Part shown: in pieces, positions 38,561-53,787 of the stretch
Layout of the letters: each line of letters opens with the position of its first letter
Position numbering within the stretch: position 1 is the stretch's first letter
Assembly: GCA_028023455.1 (NCBI GenBank)
Contig: JAQFVV010000005.1
Location: forward strand, 16,058,001 to 16,122,000
Length of the DNA stretch: 64,000 nucleotides
Source: Epiperipatus broadwayi
Lineage: Eukaryota > Animalia > Onychophora
Reading direction: 5' to 3'
Translations under genes and position numbers: made by a program
The notes under the pieces: generated by a model
What the model saw: only the letters and a program-made list of their open reading frames with translations
What the model was told of the DNA's origin: nothing
Databases searched by the model: none

Positions 38561-41500
38561 TATAAGTACATAAATTTGTGTACACATTATTTCCTATTTT
38601 AAATTTAAATGTTTGACTTTTTATACATATTAGGCTGATAGCTCCAGAAGGTTTCCCAAGATATTCAAATCTTTTACTCAATTAGTGAGAAATCATCTTT
38701 TCTTTATTTTTATTTTAAGCTTTCATAATATAGTTATCAGATGATAATGCAATTTTTTGAATCTGTAAGTTAGTTTATGCCTTTTGCAGGTATTTAGAGC
38801 TGATATCAATGCAGATATATATCTGATAGATCTTTTTAATTTCTTTTTATTAATAGTGTGATATTAAATCATAAGATTTTGAATTGAAGACAATCTGCAT
38901 AAACTGTTATATACATCTATCAGATCAGTAATTATATATTGTAATAGCAATCTGTTCCCACAGTAGAAAGTGTCAGAATAATAGAGAAATCAAAATTGGA
39001 TTTTATTTATACTTTAGGAAGCTGAAAGAATATCTGAATATTGACTTGTTGTAAATCAAAAGATTTCACGAATGTTAATGTTTAACAGAAATAGTGGACT
39101 TAATCAGTGAAGAATTTATAGCTTCATGCTCCCAAATCAAAATGCTTTAGATTTGCCTATATAATTAAGAAAATATGTTGAGAGATAAGAGGGTCCCTCT
39201 TATCTTTATAAAGTCAAATCTTGCATTATGATTTGTAGAGGTCTCTTGCTAAAATTAAGCACTAAATGTGGAAGTATTGAGGTTTTAGCCTTATATAATT
39301 ATTAAGTATATGGATTGTTATTGTAATAAAAAATAGACAGGAGATTATATCCATGTAAACAGAGATAACTTTAGCATTTGATGTAGCCAGATTACTACTA
39401 ATTAACAATTCTTCTAAGGCTATATATTTGGTGAAGCTCCCTCAGAAATGAACATTCGTTAAAATTATATTTAATGTTTTTAAGATTTCCATGTATGAAG
39501 CAGTATTAATATTACCTTTACAATTATATAAACAATAGAAATAGGTCTGATTTTTTAAATCAATGTCAGCTTATGATCTTATAGATTTGCATTCACTTAG
39601 GAATGTGCTAAGTAATTGCATTTTTAAGTGATTGCATTTATTCATAACACACACACACACACATGCCTTTCAATACTTAAAATAAAGCAATAGGTCATTA
39701 TAATACTGTTATCAAGGTAGCTAATGGGTTACCATAAATAAATTCACGATCATAGCCACTGCTGAAATCTCTTATTACCTATGTGTTATCTTGACAGCAG
39801 ATTGGTATTATTCTATTATTTTATTAAGCACTGGCTGTAATAGTGTGATTTAAATATGCTGAGATGATTGTGTTGGCATGAATAGGTTGATCTGTTTAAT
39901 AGAATTGCATGTGTAGGTTTTTTAAAAACAAATAATAATGTTTAAATAGTTGAATAATTAAAGAATAATGTTCATTATAATTACAAATAAAGAAGATTGC
40001 ATAGAATGTACTTCAACTAATATAAAATGCAGCAGCTTAAGCCCCACAAATAAACTTTCATTCAGATTCAGCTATTAAATTGTTATAAACATGAATATTT
40101 AAGCTAAATTAACAATGTTAAAATAAGTACCATTCCCAAAATATATTTTATAATATACACGCTTACACATATGATGACATGTCTTTACTGAATGTATATG
40201 CAAATGTCTGAATCCACATATATAAATTTATCAGAACAGAAACATTTTATGTAAAATTATTTTATGCTAAATAATTTATTGCTTATTAAATTCGGATGCA
40301 GAGAGAATAAAATTGTGAAACCACATATTTACTAGTTTCAAAAAAAAAAGATTTGTAAAATGATTTCGCAGAAAACAAAATCTTTAAACGTTTTCATAAA
40401 CGTTAGTTTAAAAATGACAATCTGAAACGTCTCATTCATACTAAAAGTAATAAGCCAGATAGCTGAAGTAATAGAAACAGAATTGACTTTATCCAGAAAA
40501 TATTTCTAAAATACATAAAGCTTAAAAAATACTAAATCAAGAGATTGTTTTGAAATCAGTAAAATATTTTAATATCAACTGCCTATTCCAGAAAGCATAT
40601 GCCTATCGAAAGGTAAATAGAAAGCGGATTGTCTCAACCCTTCGCCAGTTTCAACCTTGAAAGAGTGTGTAGATGCATCTATTATTGATTATAAATGAAT
40701 CCACAATTATCAGAAAGGAAACAAACTTATTTCAACTAAATTGTCAATATAAATAGCGGCAATCATGTTTAATTCAAAGAAATTTTCTATTTTAAACTTT
40801 TAATTAAGAACAAATTTCTAACTTATTTGAATATAAATCTTTTTATTAATGACAAATTTCCAATCTTCAAACTTTCTACGATAACTCATTAAAAAACTAC
40901 TTTTCTAAAGAAAAGGAAAGTGATTTTTCAAACATCCCATATCAAAAAAAAACAACCTCAGAATTAAAATAAAACAACTACACAGTGTCTTAATTTTCAA
41001 TTATTGTTATACAGTATTTTCAAATCACGAACTAGTTAAATGCACGCGTGAATGATTTACATAACTTTTTTATTATACTAAACAATAAAAATGTGTAATT
41101 GAAATATTTTTTTAGAATGAGAATGAAGTTAAATAGATGATCTCTAATGAAATTATTATCATTTGTTTTAAAAAATTTCATGTCCATTTATGATATAAAT
41201 TATGTTGTATATAATTTCATTCCATTCAAAGAAATCATAATTTCTAAAATTTAAAGTACAAAAGTTAGAAACATTATTATTCATTAATGTTAAATAAAAA
41301 GTAATACAAAGAATATTCAATAGTTTGAGGTTTCCCTCTTTTCATCCAAAACGTAAGCTTGTGGTTAAGACCTGTAGAGGTCCCTACTATCGCATTTTTA
41401 CGCGCACATTCTTGATGTTACAGCTTTAGTAAATAGTAGATAACTTTATTATAAATCTTAAGAGAATTAAAATTTATTTGCACTCGAGAAAAAGGATCGT

Positions 41501-41959
41501 GGTTATAGACCTTAGAGCTGAAACTCTAGATAATTGTCACCGTTGTAAGAAAATTCATAATTAATTTAAATATTGAATTGTTAATGTACTTAATGCAAAG
41601 TACAATTTTTACAATTAAATATTTTCAGGTGTGAGAAATTATTGAAGCTATTAATAATATAATGATAAATGTCAACTATATAAAAAACATAATATGTCTA
41701 CTTAAATAAAACAAGGTATTTAAGAGAGTGAAAATATGTGCAGATATATTTTAAAAGGAATAGATATAAAAGGTATATTTGTGCATTAGAATTTTGAAAT
41801 TATGTAATTTGATTAGTTATTATGATTATATTTTATGGTTTATGGTATTCACATGTTAACGGTGTCTGGAATTAAATATGCATATTATTATTTCTTCATT
41901 TTACCACATCATGTAAACATTTCAAAACTAGTAGTTAAAATATCTGATTGTTATAAATT

Positions 41960-42384
41960 CTGGTAAATAATGCTGTTTGCATTCCAAAAAAATCAGCATT
42001 GTCTTAACATTGGATATCACTCACCATGCTTTTTTGGAATGTGGTGAATTTAACATATCAGTCAAACATTTCATAAACTTGTGCTTTACGTAGAGAAGTT
42101 TGCTTGTAAGCTGTCTCATGCAGTAGAACTGTTTTCCCTCCCATTTTCTGTAGCGGAAAACAGAATTTCACATTGTTTCAACTTTTCAGTTATTATAAAA
42201 ATCATTAAATAAGCAAGGTGCACTTAACAAAATCTTTTACATGCCACAACATGACTTCTTTCAATGACAAACATTGTCAGCCTGTTATGGGGTATCCCTA
42301 CAAAAGGCATCTAGTGGAAGAACATATACTACAATGTGCTCACTTTCCAGAGAATGGTTTGGACTCTTTTTGGATTCCCCCTCA
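41960..42384 (-). mobile_element. Mariner transposon 5' fossil
   Basis: TA followed by TIR-like tgagggggaatccaaaaag at 42384. Minus frame NVKFCFPLQKMGGKTVLLHETAYKQTSLRKAQVYEMF is a mariner N-terminal HTH pattern. Confidence 0.65.
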
Positions 42385-42797
42385 TATCACTATCATACAA
42401 GTGTTCAAAGGCACTTATTATCAGAAATAATGGTTGAATTACATTCAGAAAGCCAATAATTATATCTGTATGGCATTTTCCATTAGCAAATGGTATTAAT
42501 GATTAATTTTGATAAGTTTATATATGTACTTAATATTCTTTATTTAATGAGTGCTCTCAGTGGCTGAAGATGATAAAAACTTTTTAATAAAAAATAATGT
42601 AAACATATATGATGATTAAGTTAAAAATTCTAATAAGTCACCCAAATCTTGGTTTACTCATAGCTGATCAGAATGGTGATTTCAGTGAAATTTCATAAAA
42701 TATAAATATTAAGACTTAACAGATAAATGCTTGCCACCTGAGACATAAAATACTTCATGACATTCAAACCATGGTTAGAATGATAATTTATATTGAT

Positions 42798-42883
42798 TTT
42801 TCTCAGTAGTTCTTTACATGATAATAAAAGATTAAGTAATTTTTCTCAGTAGTTCTTTGCATGATAATAAAAGATTAAGTAAT
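42798..42883. repeat. 43-bp tandem duplication (1 mismatch)
   Basis: ttttctcagtagttcttt[a/g]catgataataaaagattaagtaat twice. Confidence 0.9.
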
Positions 42884-45379
42884 GTTTAATATTACTTATG
42901 CCATTGCTGAGAAGGAAAATCCAAGGCGATGATTACAGTTATGTTATGTTGAGAAAGTTGCTATTGTGTATGTCCAAGTGAAAATTAAATGCTAATGCTA
43001 ATCAACATATGGCAAAATGCTAATCCCAATGGTATAACATATATTACATCTGTGTGTTCAAATTTAGACAACTATATTTAATATTCTAATTATTATATGA
43101 AGAAATAAAGATGCTACTTTGATAATCAATTTATCTGCTCATCCACTTGAATATTGTATTATCTCTAGATTATGTTCACCTTGTGCATAATTCCCTTATG
43201 TGCTTAACTTGAGGAATGCAAGCAAGTGAACATACATACCAACAGAAATCGTATTTTTTTACTTCCATGTATGCAATTATACTCTTATACAGTAACAAAA
43301 TAAATATATTAAAATTCAAAATATATATGATATTTGAAATAATCTTAAATATAATGAACCACCTTGTTTTCAAGGAGTTCAGCTTTGATGGCTTGATTTT
43401 ACAGATTGAATATTTTATTAATGAAAATACTATTACCAATTTATTTAATCCTGTTTGTACTACCCATTGTTTGATTTTAAGTGATTTATTCATGCATATC
43501 TTACTGCATTGATAATTTTTTATTTTTCTGCATTTAACTTTCTTAAAATCGGCAGAGAAGCTTAATAATGACAATTAAATTTGTACATATTATAAATAAA
43601 GTTTTGAGAGTTGTTTTTATAAATGAAATTCAATATTTTAATTTAATTTAACACCAAAATGTTATTAATAGTTACCAAGCAGTTAGAGCACTTATGCATG
43701 ATTTACACTGTAAATGAGTATCTACAGAATAAGACAGGTCAGAAATGAAACAAGATACAGAAATATGGTATTCACTATGGGAACATGTTGTTGATACAAT
43801 ATGAGATTTGTATAAAATATATGTATTATTGTAAGGCAGACTAATTATTTAAATATTTCACCTTCTAAACATTCTTCCAAATTTGCTTATAGCATGATGT
43901 CACCTAATGTAATGCTGAGATCATGCCTTTTACATAGTGCTAAAATTATCAGCATTTATACAAATCCATCTATACCAAGTTTAATCCCAGAAAATAGTAT
44001 ATAGAAAAGCAATAGTCTATAATATATATATAAACACATCCCATGTACATGCCATGTATTCATGCTTTCAGGAACAGGTTGTCATTCCCACATATAGAAA
44101 TAATTATGTTTGACTTGAAGGTGACTCTAAATTGGCTACATCCAACATATGGCCCATAGATCCATTACAAGATATAAATTATAAAAATGGCTAATTTTAT
44201 ACTAGTAATTATAAAAAATAGAATAAATATATAGTAATAAAAAATATTAATAAAATTATATAATTTCTACAAAATTTATTTTTCATAACCATAGTTTTAC
44301 CTATTAAACAAATAGACCTCTTCAAATGCAAACTGTTATGCAAAATTTACACATTAATATATCCATGAAACTACTGAAATTCACTACAAATATCCTAAAC
44401 ATCAAAGGAAATTATCACCAGATTGATAGCCTCATAAACTGGGATTAAATATAAGAGTCTCTTTGACACTTCTTTTTATTTCATTGGTTCATAAACAAAA
44501 TGAAATAAAAAAAAAAAGGGTTAAAAAGACTCTTACAATTAATCTTCTCAGACCATCAATTTTTATGTTTTCTTTTGATGTTAAGAATATTTGTAATGAA
44601 TATAAGTAATTTTATGAATGTATTAATAAGTAAGTTTTATTAAACAGTTTGTACTTGAGAACAAATAGGCAAAACCATAGTTGTAAAAACAATTTCATAC
44701 AAATTTTGCAATTTTATAGTATTTATTATTATAAGTTTTATTTATTTTGATATATATATATATATTTAAATAATCATAGTTTAACATACCAAAAGTAAAC
44801 AGAAGCCTCACCTTATCTGTATATAAATCCCCCATTGATAAACAGTTATCACTTTATTATTTTCATTTATTGATGAATGATTACTAATTATAAATTTATT
44901 CTTATTTAAATTATATATATATTCTAATCAATAAAGAAGAGGAAGGGGCTGTAGGATTATTGATACCAGCCCCTAAAGTTGGGCGGCATTACTAATCAAA
45001 TAAAGAAGGAGAAAAAAGGAGGAGGAAGGGCTATATTAATATAATAGAAAAAGAGGGGGGGAGGGCTAATATAACATTATAATGAAACTAAATGATATAT
45101 ATTTGGCTAAGCTCAGTGGTCGGTTAATTATCTTTTACTTTTTACTATAGAGATATGCATTAAAATAAAAAGAAATCTCGAAGCAATAATAAATGCATTA
45201 CTCATAAAGTAAATAAATAAACTAGGAAGAGGACAACTTCACTCATTCCTATGCAACACTTTTAAAAACATACATTTCTCTCCGTCAAAATACATTCTCT
45301 GAGCAATAAATATTTTATACTTAAAGTAGCATCTAATAGGGTCTTTATGTCTTTTTTTAATATCTTATATAGCAAATAT

Positions 45380-45486
45380 ATTTTTTTTAAGTGTCATAGC
45401 ATCAGCTGGGACGCGAACCCACAACCCGGGCAACTGCCTGCAAGTGCAAGGCAGACGCGCTGACCTCTCGACCACCAATGCAAGAC
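45380..45486 (-). mobile_element. Young tRNA-derived SINE with A-tail and 12-bp TSD
   Basis: Reverse complement gcattggtggtcgagagg...gggttcgcgtccc...aaaaaaaa. TSD tatagcaaatat at 45368-45379 and 45487-45498. Confidence 0.85.
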
Positions 45487-46829
45487 TATAGCAAATATTT
45501 ATCACCAAATAATTATTTATTGACATGATCTGATCTACTCTTGTAGAGTGAAATGTAATGTACTTTTCTAATAGTACAATAATCCATACAAGTTTCTTAT
45601 GCCACATCACCAACTTTTGGATTATAATACAGACAAATGGATTAATAATTAATGAAATAATAAATAATGATCTCAGGGTTCTTCTTGTTAACTTTGGAAA
45701 TTATACTGTTGTATTGTCTTGCTAACAAATGAATGGCTTCTTAGTAGACTATAGGAGACATATACTTCTCTTATAAGCCAATGTATCCTAATATCTTATA
45801 ATAATAATAATTACATAAAGAAGTGTTTAATCTGCTTAACAATTCCATAATACAAAATATATAAAATTTAGAAAAATCAGTCTTTTTATTCAGGATGTCA
45901 CTCAAAATAATAGAAAGAAAGGGTACCTTTTATATCTTTCTACTACCCACCAATAATACAATTAAAATAATTAAGTTTAGTTATTGTACTTTTTATTAAT
46001 AAGATAAATGAAATAACATACAATCTGAAAAATGGATTAAGTAATCCCAAGCAAGATTAAATGAATATGCATTTTTTTTTAATTACAGTCCCAGCTTTGG
46101 AATTGAAATATTTATGGAATTTTTTCATATTTAAACATTGGGATTTGGGATCCGCATGAGAATTGATCATCTGATTCACCAAGATTTCTGTTATAATTAA
46201 GAAATCAGGACACAAAAAATCACATATAGAAAAACAAAATTGGATTTAAATAAATAAATTTATTAACATACTAGATACAAATAAAAAATTATTTACAATA
46301 TTGCGAAAATTATTTGTCAAACATAGGCGCTATTAATTTTTTTTAGTAGAATATCATAATAGATAATACAGAATTGCCTCACTAACAAACTATCTATTAG
46401 AGTTTTAAAACATTTGTATGAGTTATTAAGAATACATTCAGTTAAGGTAAACAGTTTCAGTATTTAGTTAATTTATTTTTAATCGGTTCTAACTAAATCA
46501 TCCCATTTAACAACCGTTTAATAAAAAAATAGCTTAAAATATAAGATAAGCAATACAATTTATGAAATATATCCCTTTGTGAGGTAACAACTCATAATAC
46601 TTTTATTACTAATATTAACACATTACAGATTAAAATGATTTTAATCTAGACTACTCTATGACAGTTTGAACTAGCAAACATGTATTGATGATTATCATTT
46701 CAAGACAAGATAATTATTGTCTAGCACTATTTTCTTTTTTGAATAAAATATATGGAACATTTATCAAAAGCCATGTACACACATGTTATATATTTGTTTT
46801 ATGTCCACATAATAATAAAATATTTAACC

Positions 46830-47480
46830 TTAAAATGTCTTACTAATCCATCAGTGAATTACTTCCAGACGGTGATGAAAATAACATTGTGTATGTGCAT
46901 TTCCTATTATGCTATGCACCAAAATAAGCATTTAAAATTACTAATACATTGTTTGTTTGCTTGTGAATTATTGGTGAGGCTTAGCAGCACATTATAGACA
47001 CTGTTTCACATAACAAAAGCACTACAAATAACAAGGTGCACCTTGAAGAACTAAATACTTCAACATCTATCCTATCATTGCCATATCATTCTAAAGAAGC
47101 ACAAATAATTTCACCTTCCATGGTGGAAAATATTTAATAATCATGAATAAATTAATAAGACAGGCTCTTCAGAGCAAAACTACATAAATAAAACAGTGTG
47201 GTGAAATCCAACACCTATATCTTAGGGAAAAAATACATATGTAGACAAGGTCCTCAACACAGAAAAAATGGAATACACACCATAAACGATCCTTTCATGG
47301 GACCTATTTACCTTAGGAACATATGAAAGTAATCTTAAAATATAAACACTATCCTCTCATGGAACACAAAATGTGAACAATGGGGAGAATGCATTCCATC
47401 CTGCAAAGCATAATAAGCAAAGCAACATCTAATAAATTCTAATGCTCAGAGACATAAATCCTAGACTAAACGATGGCAAG
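46830..47480 (+). mobile_element. Highly decayed Penelope-like fossil (different family)
   Basis: Remnants SILSLPYHSKE and KKYICRQ (YIGQT-like) in the expected order. Confidence 0.4.
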
Positions 47481-48099
47481 ATAACAAAATTAATACTTAT
47501 AAACTAGATAGCTTAATATTCACACAAAAATTACATTCATTAAGCATTGTCTGAAGCCAATAAGTTTACTGTCAGTCAAATGACTGTAAAATGTTTAAAA
47601 TAACACAATAAAAATTCTGCATTGAATAAGGAATACACATACATGCAATGAACAGAATAAAGTTTATAAAGTGGACACAATAGCAAAGTAAATATTAATA
47701 AATGTATGATTATTAAACATTCAGTTATATTAAATTTAACCATAAATTATTATATCATAATTATGAAAATATTGAACTTCTGATAAACATACATTGGCTG
47801 TTTACCTATAAATGAGTGAAACATTCATAAACACTATTAAAAAATGTAAGAGATAAATATCTCTACTTGAATAAAAGGCATTATAAAATTTACCCTAAAC
47901 CAATGCATATAAAATATATGAATTTTACCTTCCAGGTTGTAGACATACCTACACATTCTATTATAAACCCATTAAAGAATAATCTAATAATAAAAATACC
48001 TTGATATATAAAATATATATTTTTAAAAATGTATATATATATATATATATATTTAAAACAACTTAGTTCTTTAATCATAATCTAATTAAATACTATTTT

Positions 48100-50850
48100 G
48101 GTTATTCACTCACTATTCATAAATTTGCAATCTACCAAAAATTTTCATTTAGCTTTTTGCATCTCTCATATAAAAACTTTACCATCCCATTAGTCTTAAA
48201 TTGCTTCCTTTGTCATCCACACATCTGCATCTAATGCATGCCCTTGTATTTCTCTTTGTACTTTTTCAAAGTAATCTAACATCCCTTTGCTAACTCATAA
48301 CATATCATAACCATAAGTTAACCCTACTATTACCACTCCCTTGCTACATCATATTTATTATATGAAAACACTGTTAATGTATTTATCAGTTTCTTTCTTT
48401 TCTTTGCTTCATTTATCAATTTTTTCTCCCATTCATCCAAGCAATTCCACTGATTACTTAAGATGATTTCAAAATAGTTATATTTATTCGCCACCTTTAA
48501 CTTTATATCCCCCAATAAAAATTCTTTCTCTTTTCTTACTCCAGTATTTATCATCATTACTTTTGGTTTTTCTTCTAAATTTGACCCCCATCTTGTTATC
48601 CACCACAATTTTTAGCACAACTTTAATATTTTTTCTTATTTTCTGTGTACAAGAATACATCATCAGCAAGTAAAAGACCTGATAATGTGTACACTTCCTT
48701 GCCATCTATTAATGGTACCCCTACCCCTCTTCCTAGTCTTTCTATTGCATTGCCCTTTTCATTTCTCTCAAATGTAACAAAAACAAAATATGTGACATAG
48801 GGCATCTTTGCCTTAGCCCTATTCCATTTTTAACTCTAACTGATTCTATATTTCCTAATTGATATTGTAGTAATTATTTTCATACAATGTTTTAGTAAGG
48901 TCCCTAAAGCTCCATTCATTCCCACATTTACTAAACTTACCTATAATCTATTTCAGTTATACTATCATATGCCTTCTCTATATTTATAAAAACCATATAT
49001 AACTACCTACCTGTATTCCTACTCATATATATATATATGATAAATAAAACGAGTTATAAATTTCGTAACTTGCATTTAAGCTTGCATTTTATGATCACTA
49101 GATGGAGCTTTACCAATAGCTCCAAACAAACTTTGTTTGCATAAGCAACTGATAGAGATAGAATTCAAAATCTCTATCTGTTCTCCCTACTTCCAGACCA
49201 GCTGGTTTCGAGCAAAATGGATGGAAGAAAATAATATAGTGGTAGAAATACATGGAGATTTTAGAATGGATAAGTATATAGGAGCTAGTTTATTTGTAGT
49301 CATACAACCTCCATATATTTCTACCACTATATTATTTTCTTCCATCCATTTTGCCACTCTTCCAGCCACAGTGTATACAAAAACTTTATACACCACCAAT
49401 GTTACTGTTACCTTTCTATAATTATTTATCTTGTAATATTCTAGCTATCAGGAAATTCTATCTTTTGTGTCATCTTATTAAAACATGATAATAGATTTAA
49501 TTTTGCCCTATTTCCCAAATTCATCACCATCTCTGCTGCCCACTCATCTAAACCTCAAACCACTTGCCTTTTCATTTTTTCAACTTCTTCTCTGCCTCAC
49601 TCAATTCATTTTCTGTAAAATTAATATTTCCATTGCTATGTGTTTTTATGTTTGTTGTCACTCTGTCCATCACATCTAACATCTATATCCATTACATACT
49701 TATTTAAGATTGTCTCTAATTCTTCTCTAGAGCATCCTTAGTAATACTATTTCTCTCTCCTCTACATTCCTTCTTTTAATATGTTTCTAATGTTTTTTAC
49801 TCCATCACTTTCACTTTTATTAATATCCTTTAATAATTTACCATTTAATTTCATTCTCTCTCTATAATTATTTTTACAACTTCTTTTTAATTAAATAGTT
49901 TTGCCATTTAATATCTGTATCTTTTTCACTTTCTTTGTTTTTAATATCATATTTATTTCTCTGCATGCTTCTTTTTATCTTTTACACTTTTACTAATTCT
50001 CACTATTCTATTACTTTTATTCTTCTAAGTAGTCTTTCCTAAAACCCTATCTGTCACTTTTTCTACTTCACCAGTCAGTATATTCATCTCCAATAAACTC
50101 TTTCATAATTACTTCTACTTTTATTTTATATTTTTCTAACTTATTCATATCATTCATTCTCTATCCACATCTTTCACTATCATTTCTCCTTTTATTCTTA
50201 TTTTCCATTACAATACTACTCATTTCATATTATAAAGAATTTATGATCACTATTACATACTCCTCTTCATTATCAAACACTTTAATTTTTTATACTTTAT
50301 TCATTCCCTCTTTATCTACTAATATATAATCTATTGTATGAAATATATTATTAGATCATGGGTATTGCTTCTCATAAGTATTTGATAAATTTACAATGCT
50401 CAAATGCACTCTGACAAAAATTTTCAAAAGCTGTTCAGTTTTGTTATTCAAGTCATCCAATTCTTCAATATGCCCATTCATATCCTCTATAACCACTATT
50501 TTCTTCCCTCTTTTTTGAAACTCTGTATATCTTTAGATAAGCATTCATTTATGCTACTGTTCCATTCCATTATAGTTTGACTATTTCCAGTGGTCATATA
50601 CACAATAGCTATCATTCATTCTTGTATTGCTACCCTTATCTCAAACCACAAATGTTCTTGACACTTTACAATATTTAAATATTTTTTTGGTATAACTCCT
50701 ATACCACCACCTCTTTCTTCTTTTTATTTTTTATTTATACCTTGCCATTCAAATTTTTCAATGTAAGTTCTTCTTTTAGATGTGTTTCCATTATTGCTAA
50801 TGCCTCAAGCCCTTCAGTTTTTACTGCTTGGTTTAATTTCAACTACTTCT
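48100..50850 (-). mobile_element. LINE ORF2 fossil (AP endonuclease plus RT) with internal inversion/insertion at about 49030-49290
   Basis: Minus strand in order: GGIG; IVVIEDMNGHI; SDHK; NYRKVTVT..VYKVF; FINIEKAYDS; LLLADD; KYNYFEIILS. Confidence 0.85.
49212..49354. repeat. Inverted repeat, 46-bp arms (1 mismatch), inside LINE RT
   Basis: 49212-49257 versus 49309-49354. Confidence 0.9.
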
Positions 50851-52251
50851 CTGATATCCTACCACTTTGAATATTCAAATATTCAATTTTAATCTCTCTT
50901 TTCTTTATTATATTTGTAATTAGTTTATCATTAGTTTTACAGATCTATTTCCTCTCCACATCCAATAATTATAGACATAGAGCTAACATGTAGATGATAT
51001 TTGTACAATTTTGCATTGTGGATAGTTTATAATAGAACAGCAATTCTCTTTCTGGTGTATATGGATCTTCAAGAGTAAAATCTCCTACTAATGGGAAGAA
51101 GAAAAATCACATACATCAATCAATTAATGTAAAAATCTTTTATTTTACTTAAATTCATTGTATTACATTCAAATATCAGCCTTTCAAGGTAATTGTGCAT
51201 ACGCTTTTGCGAGTGTTAATAATAATAAATGAATACTTTCCTCTCCAATACAAGATATAGTATTTATGCAGGAATAAAATGAATCATTCCTACAACTCAA
51301 ATGCTTATATATGAACAAATCTGAAGTATGGGCAAGGAAAGCATGAGGATGGACCACTCACTTTAAATTACTATATATGATGTCTGAATGAATGATGTCA
51401 GTGAAATTGTCTAGAATTTACTAAACGTCACTCTAACTGAAACTTAATCATATGTAGATAAGCATTTAAAATAAATAAATGCTTATTTAATTTCATTGTA
51501 ATTTTGAATTTAAAATGTAAATATGCATTATATTTCTCGTTTTATTCCATTGCTTTTTAATTCCATTATGGCAACAATTTAATTATAATTACAATGTATA
51601 AAATTATAACAATAATCTTTATATATATATAATCCCCATTTTCTCTGTTGTCTGATTGGTGAATGTATGTTTGTTCATAAGGCTGACTGTCATTTGTTAA
51701 ATTTTCAACCAATTAAAAAAAATTATGTTTATGTGAAGGAAATAATTCCACCATTAATAAAAAATTCTTGGAAAATAACCAGTACATGTTCTTTTAACTA
51801 CAGAGGTATAATATTTATATCACAAAGCAAATGTGACTATAGTACATAAATTCATGTTTGAAATATGATATTTAGTCAAACGGAAAGATAGATGCAATAG
51901 TACTGGATTTACATTTAGTTTTGGTTAGCATATGATTGAAGTGAAAATAATGGCCTTTTCAGGCTGGCCACATTTCTCATGTTTAATAAATAATATTAAA
52001 ATCTTTCCTTTAATTTACATTGAATCTTTAAAAAAATTTGTTAAAGCAACCAATTAAAAAAATCCACAGCTTATTTACACTAGATATATCTGGTAACTAT
52101 ATAAAGTACAAACATTTTGCTAATATAAAGAATGCAATTTATAAAAGTAGGCCACCAAAAGGAATGCAAGTGAAAAGAAGATTTGGAATCATTGTAATAT
52201 ATACTTGATAATGATTACATATTAAAATAATTGAAACCATGTTCTATAATT

Positions 52252-53262
52252 GCATTTTTATATTGGACTATTTCCATCATCTAATATGCATATTGAATGT
52301 CTTTAAAAAAAACTAACTTTATTTAAATATTCCAAATAAGATTCAACTGTTAGTAACAGCACATCAAACAGGTTAGTATATGCACAATGTTTCAAGATGT
52401 ATTACTCTCCCCTCTTAATCAGGCCTGACCAGTGACAGTGCTAACATGGGATTCAAACATGGATCCTTAGATTCTTGATTATTGAATTTTAAGGTAATGC
52501 TCTAACCAATTGATCCATCCTACAAAGGCAACAGTCAATAGAAATTTTATATACTTATCTGAGGGTTTCCTCCTGATTTCTCCATTTTTTCTAAGAGCAA
52601 AGTTGATTAGTGGTTTCCATACATTATGTATAGTCATATCAAGTTGGCTTATGGGATTTTTTGCCATTGTCATGTGAGTAGCTTCTTTAAAATTTCATCT
52701 TGCACCTTTTCCTCTATCCAATATTTTTGTATTTTCCCAATTGAACATATGTTCATTGGTAATACATAGTCTGCTACCTTAAACATATCTGTTTTCTCTC
52801 TTCTAATCATCAGTTTATGTTCTTGCTAGTGCTTTTCAATGGGGTGACTGGTCTCACCAATATGTTCTTCCACATTCACATGATATTTCATAGATGCAGT
52901 TTTTTCTTTGCAGCATTTCAAGTTTAGGCTTTGTAGATGTTAGAATTCCTCATAGTGTGGTGTGGCTCTGGAAAGCTGTTCTGATGTTATACTGATTGCA
53001 GATTTTCCTTAATTTGTCTGCTATTTTTGGAATGTATGGATACACTACAGTACCAATAATTGTCTTTTCTCTTGATGGTTTTTTTTGTTGTGTATTTAAC
53101 GTTTTCTTACTAACAGCTGATGGATAACCATTTTTCATAAAAATTTGTTCTATATAGATGTTTACAGTTGAATGTATGTGGAATATTTAAATAAAGTTAA
53201 TTTTTTTTAAAAACATTCAATACGCATATTAGATGATAGAAATAGTCCAATATAAAAATACA
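52252..53262 (-). mobile_element. PLE family 3, 5'-truncated, with inverted 3' tail at its 5' junction
   Basis: Minus strand: KNGYPS..VVYPYIPKIADKLRKIC; NCIYEISCECGRTY-GET; FKEATHMTMAKNPISQ..VWKPLI. 53163-53262 (+) is an inverted copy of 52252-52355. Confidence 0.85.
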
Positions 53263-53787
53263 ACTAGAACACCATCATCACAAACCTTAAGGAAACACGT
53301 TCTATAATATTATGCATTAATTAAATAGATAAAAAATTTGAAAATATATCTGCTATGTATAATTATTATATGCAGACTTACATATAAATTTGAGTGCGCA
53401 CTGATTTATATATACATTATGAGATAAAGTAGCTTTAAATTAATTTTTGTAGGAAAAAGAATTAGGCAATTAAGTTACTTCAGAAAGTCATAAAAACTAT
53501 TTGTTTCTAAACTAAAATTTAATTAAATAATTATTATTATTTTCTTTTTCCAGAAAACAGTTAAAATTGCAAGCTACAAATCCAATCAGAAATCAAAATC
53601 TTGAAAAGATTCATCAAATCCTTTTAACGGCAGTAATTGGTTTAGAACAAAAGTTAATTAAAGTCTGTCATTTGAAATCAAAAGTAAAACTAATAATAAA
53701 TTCAGAAAACTTCAAAATAAGTTTGTTTTGCGTATATTTTTGAAAAAACTTTCTAATATATACCTTTAATATATATAAGATATTTAT

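Noticed and set aside
43176-43574. Longest ORFs (132 aa minus and overlapping 98 aa plus)
   Set aside because: Composition is dominated by AT-rich codons, with no recognisable motif or splice support; overlapping antisense ORFs arise by chance at this AT content.
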